From Curvularia clavata (taxonomy: Eukaryota): DNA of 64,000 bases. The position numbers and the translations under genes are program-made. Within the stretch, counting starts at the first letter, position 1; each line of letters begins with the position of its first letter. The DNA lies in assembly GCA_023920165.1 (NCBI GenBank), contig CP089274.1, positions 2,790,001 to 2,854,000 on the forward strand. The letters run 5' to 3'. This document shows, in pieces, positions 11,364 through 24,746 of the stretch. Below the pieces are notes generated by a model. That model saw only the letters and a list, made by a program, of their open reading frames with translations. It was not told the DNA's origin and did not search any database.

Positions 11364-14356
11364 TCATTGCCAGTGGTTCTGACCCACGAAGCCTTCCTCG
11401 AGTGTGCGATCTTCCAGATTTCGTACAAAGTTGTGGTTGCGGTTCGAGTTACCCGCACGTGATCCTCTTCGCCTAGCGCTGCTTGCGCTCTCTGGTGCAC
11501 CATCAGGTGGAGGCGGGTAGTAGGCTGGCGATGGCTGCAGGCGTACAGGTGCATTGGGGTCGAGATGGCTCATGACTCGTTGGAGCGCAGGTGGGATACC
11601 CGACTGGCCCGATTGCTGCTGATCCATTGTCGTCGCGCGCTGTCGTCCGGCACGGGTCGTAGCCTGCGCGTACAGGTTCTGAGGCTGGTTGTATTGCCGC
11701 GGCTGCTGTGGCTGCATCATGTTCATAGGCTGTCCATACTGGGCTGCCTGGGCGGGGTAAGGTGGAGGTGCACCTTGGTGGTTTGGCCCGTACATATTGT
11801 AGGGATTTTGCTGAGACTGCGGGCTCTGTGCGGCGTACTGGTTCATTTGCATATTTGCATAAGCAGCATGTTGAGCCGCCTGCGCTTGTTGCTGCTGAGC
11901 GACTGCTTGCTGTTGCTGCTGTTGCCGTTGTCTGCTCAAGCCCTCATATCGCTGTTGCTCCTGAACACCTGGAGCGGGCGATCGGCTGGAGCTGGATTTG
12001 AGCGTCATCGGAGGCACGAATGGGCCAGTAAACTTTGCCTGTGTGATAAAAGGATGGAGCTTCGCTTGCGCAGGAGTCCAGCGTTCCAGGGGATTGAGGT
12101 TCAACAGTCCTTGGGCGAAATCGATAAAGGCAGCTCGGTTGCCCATTTCTTGCAAATCGTCAGCTATCAAGTAGGGTCTCATGATCGGCTTGACTTACCT
12201 CGCTCAATTTCGTTGGGCTTCATGTTCTTCCGCGGCATGGGATAGTTCTTGATGATGTCCGGGAGAGTTGTGGCAGAGAAGTATTTCTTGCTGGGCTGCT
12301 CCTTGGTGCCGTGTTCGCGTGAATACTGCTCCATGGACTTGAGGCGGTACTGCTTACGACCGTACTCGTCCTGCGACTTTTCAAAAAACTCACCAGATTG
12401 CTTGCCCATCTCCAGCATCCAGTGTGGTGGCAGTCCAAGCATCTCTGTTATGCGCGACACCTGGTTGTATTCTGATGAGCCAGGGAAGAGTGGTAGTCCA
12501 AGGAACAGCTCGACAACGATACAACCCAATGACCACATGTCGATTGCGGCCGAGTATGGCAGGCCGAGCAGAACCTCTGGTGAACGGTAGAATCGTGACT
12601 GGATGTACGTGTACACGGTCTGGCGCTCGTCACAGGCGGAACCGAAATCGATAATCTTGATGATTGGGCTCTCGAGGCTGTCATATGGTCAGAGATTTGC
12701 CACGGACTGAGGAAGTTCATGTACCTACTTTTTGAGTAAAATGTTCTCAGGCTTCAAGTCGCAATGTATGAGCTTGGCTTTTCCAAGTAGTGCCAATCCG
12801 TTGATTAGCTGTTGCGCAAAAACACGCACTAGAGTGGTGGATAATCCGCGGAATTGGTTCTGCTTGATCAGTTCGTAGAGGTTGACGCTCAGCAGCTCAA
12901 AGACAAGACACAGGTGTTGCCTGTGGATAAAGGTATCTTTGAGCCTGAGCAGATGGTGGTCGTCGTTCTTGTCCATTTGCTTGTTCAACTATGTCCCATT
13001 AGCAACTTCCCCAGCGTCTGGTAAGAGAAGGGCAACCTACCAAATCCAGGACAGATACCTCCATCATACTCTGGTTGAAGTAGGCTGTACGGTTCTTAAT
13101 AACCTTTACGGCTACCACCTCTTGCGTCTTCAAGTTCTGGCACTTGACGACCTGTCCAAAAGTACCTTGACCAAGCACGTCGAGGATCAGGTAGCGATTC
13201 TTGTGCCCAGACTCCTCCGACCCCAGAATATCGTTGACATACAGAATGTAGTCACTATCCTCATTGTCATAACCATCATTTTTGACTCCTTTGCTTGGCT
13301 TAGTGAGGACGCGCCGGGGATTCCGCGAGGATTGGTAGTTGAATGCGTTATTACACAGCTTGTACGTCATGGGCAGATGAGCGGTCAAGGCTTGCAGAGG
13401 CTGTTTTTTTTGTAACAATATCAGTACAGGTTTTTTGGTCGCAAAGAGGTTACACATACGCTGATGAAGCCTCCCTCTGGGTTGGCGCGACGGAATGGCG
13501 GCTGGGCATTGATCTTGGGCTGCAAGTCGGCCGTGTTGGAGACCTTTTCAAACTTGGGAACCGGCCCTCGTCCCATTGGCGGCAGCTGTGGGGGGTTGGC
13601 GCTGGAACCGGAGGCAGCGCGCGGTGAGCGGTTGTCTCTGTTGTATACGGCGTTCAATTGGGCCGTAGCAGACTGCGGGTAGAAGCTCTCTTGGCCGCCG
13701 CCCATGTTGGACTGGATGGGCGGCAGTTGGGGCGCATGGGGTCGGGAGGCTAAAACCAAAGACTATCAGTATACGAGCGGTCAAAAGCAAAGCAGGCTTG
13801 AATAAGCAACGCTCGACATACATGGGGGAGAATAGTAGCTGTTTGGGGGCGACATGTAGGGGTTGTTGCGCGTTGGGCTCTGACGGCTGCTCTGCGTCTG
13901 CGCGTGCGTTTGTGACTGAGGGGTAAAGCTGGTGTAGCTCTGGCCACCCTGCTGTGTGTTTCCCGAGTAGGGTGACGTGGGCGAGAGGTTCATGGGCGAG
14001 TATCTGCGCGCAGCAGCACTCTCCTCCTGCTGGATAAACTGCTGTGAGTGCCGTTGCTGCTGGCTGGGGCGCTGGGCATTCAGCCGGGGCTTATAGGCGT
14101 CTTCCATGGGCACGTCTCCGTCGCCGTCGTTGTAGTCGGGGCGGGGGCCGGCGGCGGCGGGGCCAGCAGCGCCAGCTGCACTGGGACCAGCAGGCGATTG
14201 CAGGGGAATTGAGGTCTGGCGGGAGGGAGTAGCGTAGGGGTCGTGCTTCATCTGCGAAGAGGCGCTGGCGTCCCTCGATGCATGCGGGGGCGAGGCCATG
14301 GAATGCGAGTATCGGGCGCTCGGGGTGTCTGAGTAGGCCGTCCACTGGGGCTCCAT
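11364..14356 (-). CDS. YAK1: DYRK-family dual-specificity protein kinase Yak1
   Basis: [61 protein letters not shown] and the YxY activation loop [14 protein letters not shown]-rich termini. Introns 13750-13821, 13401-13459, 12989-13040, 12678-12728 and 12149-12198. Confidence 0.96.
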
Positions 14357-15504
14357 GACGTCGGGCGGTGGGCTGGGCGGATGGTGTGGGAGGGTGCAAG
14401 GCGACGGTGTCGCGGCGGGAGATGTGCTTCAGCCGTCTACTGGGAGCGGAGCATGCCGATGGACGCGGTGCCTGTGCCGAAGATGGTGTTGGCAGAGTTG
14501 GTGGTCGTGGTCGTGGAGGAGCAGTAGTCGAGGTGGAGGTGAGCAACTCTGGCGAGAAGGATGGCACGCCGGTGCTGCTAGGGGCGTCGAAGAATCCCCC
14601 AGGTGGTCGAGGTGGTGTGGCTGTTGCGGGGTGTGTTTACGTGGTCAGCGGCCGTGGAGTGGCCCTGGGCTGCACAGTCGCGGGCGACGAGGGCGGCAGA
14701 GGAGAGCGACAGAGACACAGGGAGGGCAGGCCGAGCTGCGATTGAGACGGGGAGCAGGAGGATGGATGGTTTGGCAAAGGTCAGCCGTTCCCGTAGCGCT
14801 GAGGTTGGCGCCGTTGCAACATCCATGAATTGGGCCTCTTTCCTTGGGTGCGCTAGTGACCAAAGCGGAATGCTGGTAATGCCCTGCCTGCTATGCCCTG
14901 CTCTCCCACCACCACCATCATCATCGTCACTTGGATCGTCACTGTCCGCGTCGTGGGGGCCTTTGCCGCCCTTGCTCTAGCCAGCCCACGACGAATCACC
15001 GCGTCTGTGCTCTGCCGTCGACGCCTCTCTGCTGCCCGACAACAAAAGCACGCTGAATCAATTCACCTCGTATGGCACGCCATTGCGTCGACTGCCGGCT
15101 CCGTGAAACCTATGTGCCATGTGTGCGTCACTGCGGCTGAGATTGGGTACCCACCCCATCCTTCGTTACGTGTGCCTGGAGACCACAGAATAAAAACACA
15201 AAACTTGTCGAATCCCCACATGCGAGGCTTGTTCCCTTCATAAATGCGGCACAGCCACTTCGTATTCCACGCCAGCGCTGCCGATTGGCACTGAGCAATA
15301 AAAGTCAAGATTGCGACTTGCCAGCAGATGAAAACAGAAAACAAACAAAAAAATTAAACACGCGTGACACAGCCAGTACCAAATCTAACAGCTGAACCCT
15401 CCAAAGGTGGCTGGTCGAAGAAATGTTTCTCGTCATCGTTATTCTTATCGTCGTAGTAACCACCATTGGGCATCAACCAACCTCCAATTGCTTCTCCCCT
15501 CATC

Positions 15505-17310
<1,806 letters not shown>

Positions 17311-17918
17311 CTACGACGAGTACGTACCTTGAAAGTTGTCACAGTCGCTTTGATGCTGGTCGACGTATGCGCGAGAGAGGGAAGAAGAAGCAGTCACTCC
17401 GCCTGTTTAAACCGAACCCAAAGCACGATACGCACTACCCCAAGCTGTCAGCGAATTTATCATATCAGATGGATTGAACCATGACGTCTACACTCGATGC
17501 GGACAGACGGCCACAAGTGAGGCTGTGACAGATAAACCTACATGCTTATATTCTTGAATGTCCAAACAGAAGTATACACGCCCTCTCAAGTTAAAGTCTG
17601 TCAGTCAAGCACAGCTGCCGTCGCTCGTGATATGGAGGAAGAAAGTGACGGCAACCATGCTTTCTGTACTTTTACCTTGTGAGCCGCGCCCAGGGTCCGT
17701 TGCGGGTAGTCTTCCTGTCCATGCTCGTGTCCAAGGCCCCCCCCCTTGCCTGGCCCTCGTCAGACAATGGTCCGATATTTGTTCGTTTAACCAGAGGCCA
17801 GGAAAAAAAAACTAGTTTGTAGAGGGGAAAAGGGACTTCCTTGCGGGCCGTTCCAAGCAATGGTGTCACACATGCTGGCGATTTCCCCCCACCCATGTCA
17901 TTGATCTTCGGACGCACC

Positions 17919-17927
17919 ATCTGATAA
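17919..17927 (+). promoter_or_regulatory. SreA/Sre1-type extended GATA box ATCTGATAA upstream of sidA
   Basis: Exact match to the ATCWGATAA consensus of fungal iron-responsive GATA repressors, ~700 bp upstream of the sidA ATG. Confidence 0.7.
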
Positions 17928-18117
17928 GATGACGGCCCCAACGCCCGCGCCAAAAAGTACCCACGTCGCACCCTCTCCCAGCCGTCTCTCCCCGGGACGC
18001 GCATGAAAAGTGCGAAAATTTTTCGCCTCGCCCCGCAGCGCTTGTCCCGTATTTACTTGAAAGGTTGCGTATTGGGAGTGGGGTGGGGATTGTGGGCTTG
18101 GCCTTGGCTGATGAGAA

Positions 18118-18151
18118 TTATCAGATGGAAAATCATCAGTCCATCTGATTA
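18118..18151. promoter_or_regulatory. Inverted pair of SreA-type boxes (TTATCAGAT ... ATCTGATTA) upstream of sidA
   Basis: A perfect reverse-strand box at 18118-18126 and a one-mismatch box at 18143-18151, embedded in the 10-bp inverted repeat ATCAGATGGA-N10-TCCATCTGAT. Confidence 0.65.
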
Positions 18152-18950
18152 GATGAAGAGATTTCCCCCACTCCCCTGCGACTTCGGTCCGCCCTCGGCT
18201 TTTGCATACGGCCTTGTTAGTGGCCTGTGGACATGACATACTTGCACCGTGACCGTTTGATGCGTGCGTGCATGCTTCGGAGCTATAGCTAGGGTTGGGT
18301 TAGTCTGCAGCGCGCTGCTGATCCCTAAGATCAATTGCCGTGTCGGACTGAGGGAAGTTATGACGGATGAGGCGCTCAAGGTGTGTGTTCTACCCAGCAC
18401 TCAGGCTGGTTGATGTATACATGTTAAAGATTGGTGAGATGAGAATATCAAAATCACAGAACACCCTTGCTGTGGTACACGTGGGTAACCGTGCAAGGTG
18501 CTTAGGAAATACCGCAACGCTGTACATTTTCCGAATGACCCCGTCCAATAGCTTACTGTACGCCTTGGATCCACTTCAAATCCGTACACTATAAGCCACT
18601 ACACTACTAAGCAAGGGCCAAGCCTCTCTAATAAAGGGTCTCGATCACTACCGGGCCCTGGCTATCACGAGAGAACAGGGCCGATAGACCGTGGCCAAGA
18701 AGACTATCAATTATGTGCTCACACCAGCCTGTCCTGGTAATCTCAAATATACATAGATGTATGACCAAACAGAAGCATAAACGCCGAGGTTATGCTAAGG
18801 CGATGAAAGAAATGAAACAATGACTAAACGAAAAGACAAATGAAAGTTACATGTGTATAATACAACCCACACAATTGCGTGTACATGTGAACGGAATGGT
18901 AAGATATGGGCACAACGCGGAAAATCAGTCTTGATGACGCCCACAAACGC

Positions 18951-21900
18951 TTAGTCCAGCTCCTGCGTTGCAACCATGCCTGCATAGATGCCTCCCATAG
19001 CCACAAGCTCGTCATGCCTTCCCTGTTCGACAATGCGTCCCGTATCGAAGACAAAGATTCGGTCTGCGTGCTGTACACTTGCCAGCCGATGGGCAATCAT
19101 GATTGTCGTTCGACCCTTGGATGCCGCCGCAATCGCTTTTCTTATATCTCTTTCCGTGTTGGCGTCAAGCTGTGAAGTTGCTTCATCAAGAAGGAGAATC
19201 TCCGGATCGCGAATGAGCGCTCGGGCGATGGCAAGACGTTGTCGTTGTCCACCAGAGAGTTTTGAACCATGCGCCCCGACCTCCGTATTGTAGCCTTCTG
19301 GCAAACCCATAATAAAGTCATGTAGTTCACACTCTTTGGCGACCCGCTCAATATCCTTGTCACTGCTAGTGGTACCTGGGCGATCGCCAAGAGCAATGTT
19401 GAATTTGATTGACCCAGGAAAGAGATCTGGTTCTTGTTCCTGCTAGGGTCAGCTTGGTTATCATGGGGGCAAAGACCGAGAATGCCAACTTACCACAAGC
19501 GCTAGACGGGCCCGGTGGTCACGAACAGGTTCTCGGCGGATATCCTGTCCGTCAAGATACACTTGGCCAGAAGTCGGATCGAAGAACCTTTCGATCAGGT
19601 GGATTGTACTCGACTTTCCAGCGCCTATGACTAATAAGCGAGTGCATTACCCTTGTTTGTGAAATTCTTACCTGAACGGCCAACAAAAGCCACATTTTCA
19701 CCCGGTCGGATCTGAAAAGATACGTCGTCCAACGCAGGCACTGTCGGTCGGCTTTCATAGTGGAGGCTAACATTGCGGAACTCAAGCTCTCCTCGGACAC
19801 CAAACGTACCATATGAAGGCGAAGCTGCGGTTCCAAACAGCCGGCCACTTGTATCGGGTGTGGCAGTAGTCGCCGAAGAAGTACACTCTGTCATAATTGT
19901 GGGTTTTTCGTCGTGCAGCGAAAACACGCTCTGCGCCGCAGCCTTAGCCCGTGTCACCTCGGGTGCCAGGCTGAAAAGCTGGCCTGCAGACTGTGCAGAG
20001 AAGAGTAGTGCTGGAAGCACAATGAAGAAGTCTTTCTGACTATAATTGCCGCTGCGTACTTGCTTGGAGCCCCTAAAGATCGTCAGCATGCAAATTACGC
20101 ACTGTACCTATACGCCCTCAAATCAAGCGACTGACAGTAACAGGGAACATGCGCACTTACCACCAGTATGCCAGAGAGTAGACAAAATAAGTGATCGACA
20201 AAGAGAAGGCAAACAGGATGTTACCAAGTATACTAAACCGAAGATGTTCTTCATAAGGCTTGCGAATCGCTTCCCTGTACGCCTGGAAGAAGTGGTCTTC
20301 CAGGCCAAAGACTGCAACAATCTGCATAGAAGACGTCGCTTCAGATGCTAGAGCTGCCGCGTCATTGTAAGCCGTCTGATGATGATCTTCTGCGATGGCT
20401 AAGATGCGAAGACGGAGAAATCCAGCGAGTAGCATAACGGGGACAGCTGCCAGTAGCACTATAGCAATCTTCCATGCTACGATGTGAGCCAAAATCACAC
20501 CGCCAATCACTGACGTTGCAATGGAAAAAATGGTCCCAAGTAAAACGCCAGACAACCCACTGATACTTCCGCTATCAGAGTTCAGCCGTGACAAGAGCGC
20601 GTGGTGAGAATGCCCGGGTTTAGAAAACCACGCAATGTCCTGTTGCAGGATTGTCCGGAAAGATAGATCCCGAACTCGCAAAGTGAGGTTTTCGGAGACA
20701 ATACCGAAGGCAGTCTTGCCAAAAGCGTGAGATGCAAGAGCAATCAAGGCGAGAATGAAGAAGAGCAGGCAGTAAAAGCAGATCTGGCGTGTCGTTTCTT
20801 CGGCTCCACTAGTGTCGTTCAGAAGCTGTACGAGATTTCCAAAGATGAGTGCTTCTCCAATGATAACAGCGCCGCTGAAGACCGAAGAAACAAGGCCAAT
20901 GGCAATAGCTGGCGCTTCACGCCGACTCAACGATAGGGATCTTCCAATTAGCTCGGCTCCACTCATTTTCCGCCGATCGTGCGTTTGGATGACATTTTCT
21001 GAGCCTGGTCCTTCGACATCGTTTGTGACTCGCTCGTCACCTTTGTGAGAGCATTCTGGATTGGAACGGATAGACGACGCCGCAGAAGGATTTCCCTTCT
21101 CAAATTGCTGTGCCCTGATAAGCTCAGCATATGTACCATCCCGTTGTTGGACAAGAGATTCGTGTCGTCCGTCTTGCTCAATGGCGCCATCTCGCATGAC
21201 AATGATACGATCTGCATCTCTCACAGTCGCGAGTCGGTGCGCAATGATGATTGTGGTTCGACCAGTTGCAGCCGAGGAGCGTCTCAGGTTTTCAAGGACG
21301 ATAGCTTCACTTGTGCCATCCATTGCGCTCGTGAACTCGTCTAACAAAAGCAATGCTGGGTTTCTCACTAGCGCACGAGCAAGAGTGATACGCTGCTTTT
21401 GGCCGCCCGAGAGCTGTGATTGCGGACCAGTTCCAATCTTGGTGTGAATTCCGTCAGGCAGACGATCCAAAAAGTCACAGTACGCCTCAGTTGCAGCTGC
21501 CTTGCATCGGAGCAAGATTTCCTCGTCAGTGAGATGTTGAAGCTCCTGCTGAGGGATCCCATGTTTGATGTTTTCGAGAATGGATCCGGTGAAAAGTACC
21601 GGGTTTTGCGTGACTAGGGCTATGTGCGAACGTAAACTGTGGACGTTAAAAGACTTCAGATTTTCTTTTCCAAGGCTGATGTTGCCATATGTAGGATCGT
21701 ACAGCCGTAAAAGCAACGAGGCAATGGTTGACTAGTAGTTGGAATAAGATCAGCACATGCGTCAAGCATTCCTCCAAGACAGTTTGCTCACCTTTCCTGA
21801 TCCTGATGGTCCGACTAAGCCCGTGACTTGCCCAGGCTTGATATGAAGATCAATACTGTCCAGGATACGAACGGTAGGCCGCGCAGGGTAGACAAATGAA

Positions 21901-23249
21901 ACTGCAGACAGCACCAATTCTCTTTCGAAGTGAAATCTTTGTGCTGGCTTTCCTTTAGCAGAGTATACGTCGATCTCGGAGGTCGGCTGGTCCAGGACAT
22001 CGAGTACTGCTGCTCCAGCTGCTGCCGCCATTGCGAATGTTTGGATAAACGGTCCAAATGATCCGACGACGAAGGAGGCGTCGAGAATAAGAAAAACAAC
22101 AGCGTAGATAGTTCCAGCTTCTGCACTGCCATTGCGTAAGTGATCGCCATACCAGAATGCAAGCGCATTTGTGGCGTAAGCCACAAAGTACACAGAGCCG
22201 AGCATGAGAGCACCTGCAAAACTCTTCTTCACTCCAATTCTCATAGCAGATCGAAGATGGTGGACATGCTCTTCGCTGAGCCTCTCAAAGAGACCAAAAG
22301 CCTGTACAATCTGAACAGCTCGAATTGCACTTTCTGCAACCGAAGAGGCCTTTTCAGTATAGACCGAGGCTTGCTTGGTAAGGTCAGAAACAGTCTTAGT
22401 GCCGAAACAGACAACAAAGGCCATTGCCGGTATCACGGTCACAAACCTAGTATTGTCAGCCAGAATTTTGTTGACTGGGAGAGAGTGCAATTACATTACT
22501 CCAGTAAGCTTTGCATTGAGCATGAAGCCTACACTGAATGCGGAGATGAAGTAACTGATGGAAGCAATAAACAAGCCAACTTTCTCCGACGTTCCCAGCT
22601 GTATGGTCTGCGTCTTCTCTGTGAGAATGCTAGACAGGTCTGGTGAAACAATATCTGTTTGGTGTGATGGGTCAGGACTTTTCCCGTGTCATATGTTCTC
22701 CAGCACAAACATACCATAGTAGGCCATGTCCATGCCGAGAGCACGATGAAGAAGTCTTTCTCTGGTTTTCCTACTGACACGCTCGCCAGTCACTGCCCAG
22801 CATACAGACCATCCCCACGTGACCAGAAAGTAACCAACCGCAACGGACATGAGGCGATATAGCAACTGTTTCAGTTCATCTGCATTTGGCGGAAAATTGT
22901 TGATGATGCGGCCTAAGATCACGCCTATTAGAGGCAATGGGAGGCCTGCGAGTATGGCAAATATGATTGCCAACGCCAGAATGGCCTTGGAGCTGGGGTC
23001 GTCCAGTTGCCTATAAAGGGTGAAGTAGGAGGTTCTGAATGGGTTCAATCCTAAGATCTGCCGAATGAAGCGTTGACGAAATAGCGTCACGCTCTCGAAA
23101 GCCTGGGGTTGGACCGTTGCCAAGGACGGCTCTACATGTCTCTCCCATTGTGTGCTGTGACGAACAGAGCATGCCTCGTCGATCTCGCTCTCTTCGGAGT
23201 CAAGGAGAGGCTGGCTTTCGGAGCTCGCGTCATCTTCATAGTCTGGCAT
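18951..23249 (-). CDS. Full-length ABCB/MDR-type ABC transporter (TMD-NBD-TMD-NBD), siderophore-cluster associated
   Basis: NBD1 has GPSGSGKST, LSGGQKQR and LLLDEFTSAMD; NBD2 has GRSGAGKSS, LSGGQRQR, LLLDEATSQLD and IAHRL; two hydrophobic TMDs. Introns 22655-22714, 22447-22494, 21732-21791, 20073-20160, 19625-19671 and 19440-19493 all keep the frame. Confidence 0.95.
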
Positions 23250-23741
23250 TGTTAAGCACGGGCGGCGCCTGGTGTCGCAGCATGCGATGCGCCAAAATGA
23301 AGGTTTGCAGACAGTCTAAACAGGAGTCATGTGATGGGGGGAATAGAAAAGAGCGCAACGACAGCACGAATGCTGGCTTATGGTGTATGGCGACGAACCA
23401 TGGGAATGTTGTTAATGGGTTGGAGGTTTGAGAGCAAGGCTAGCCCATTCAATAGCCCGTCTTGGCGCCCCAGGCTTCTGTGACGTGCGCTTCGTGTCAA
23501 CGCCAGACTTCTGACAAGCTGTGACAGTCAGGTACAGTATTGAGAGAGCCAATGAGATTGAGACTGAGAAGCATGGGTGTTGGCACGGCTATGCTCTGTA
23601 CGATCACGATCGTGGCTGTCCCGTGTTCAGGCGGCATCACAAGGAAGCTGAATGCGGGACGGACGGGACATGGACAGGCTGCATACAGGGCTGGACAAAG
23701 TTGGCAATCGATGATGCAAGAACACAGGGATGTCGGATTCC

Positions 23742-24188
23742 ATCTGATAACTTTGTCTGCTGTTAGCAGCATCTGATAATTCTGCCGGCCACCATGACCA
23801 ACTCTGGGCACGGGCTTCTCTCAACTAATGAGGCTGGCCCCCCGTGACACCTGACTGCCCCCTCCACCCAACACACCTAACCGTGTACTGACATAGATGG
23901 CTCTGCGAAATCATGCGACGATGGCCAGAGATCACAACACATGTGTCTGTACTGAATCATCTGCCCTAGGCCTCGGGCGACGCGACGCCGAAATGCACGG
24001 GCGAACAACCGATTAGAGAGGTTTAACCGACCACATGCCCTTGCGTGGGATGTCCGTGAAACTAGCGAAATGACACTGGCACTGGTGGAGCTTTGCCATG
24101 GAATCCCGATTTGTTCCAAGCCAAAATCGTTTTTTTCCCTTGGCTGTCCGTCCGCGTGTCCAAGGTGGGCTTCCACGCGTTATCAGAT
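23742..24188. promoter_or_regulatory. Three perfect SreA-type ATCTGATAA boxes in the divergent ABC/NRPS promoter
   Basis: ATCTGATAA at 23742-23750 and 23771-23779, and TTATCAGAT (reverse) at 24180-24188, within the ~1.5-kb head-to-head intergenic region. Confidence 0.75.
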
Positions 24189-24746
24189 CTTACCCGCTGC
24201 TTGTCGAATGATATGTCCGCTCGCCGGTCGACTAGCATGTATGACGCCTCGGTCGCCCACTACGGCAGATACACCCATTATCACGGAGCAGCTCGTGGTC
24301 AAAGATTAATGTTGACTGACTGCGCTTTCGGGTCCTGTTCTTCGTTTCCCAGGACACCAGGCTATCTTATTCAAGGCCCGGTTGGTGGTCCTGCCTTTTG
24401 AACGTTCTCTTGCACCTTGCTTACCTTCGCAAGAGGAGTTCCTACCTTGTAACCAAACCTCAGGCCACAACTCGGGTATACCTCCAGTACAAGGTATCCC
24501 AATCCTGTCATCACGTGCATCAGCCTGTGCATACCTCGTGGTGCGCAGGTACTTGAAGTCTGCCGACCAATCAACGTGCTCCAATTTCTCATCACTGCGA
24601 CTTGCTACGGCAATCCTCTCATACATTTATTCAAGGCAGCAGCTACAGGAATCTCTTTTCATACTTCTCGTTCAAATCGGTCTATTGTGGGTGTTGGAGC
24701 AGCAATACTATAGGCTTTTCGACCGTCGCCTCCTTCTGCTATAAAA

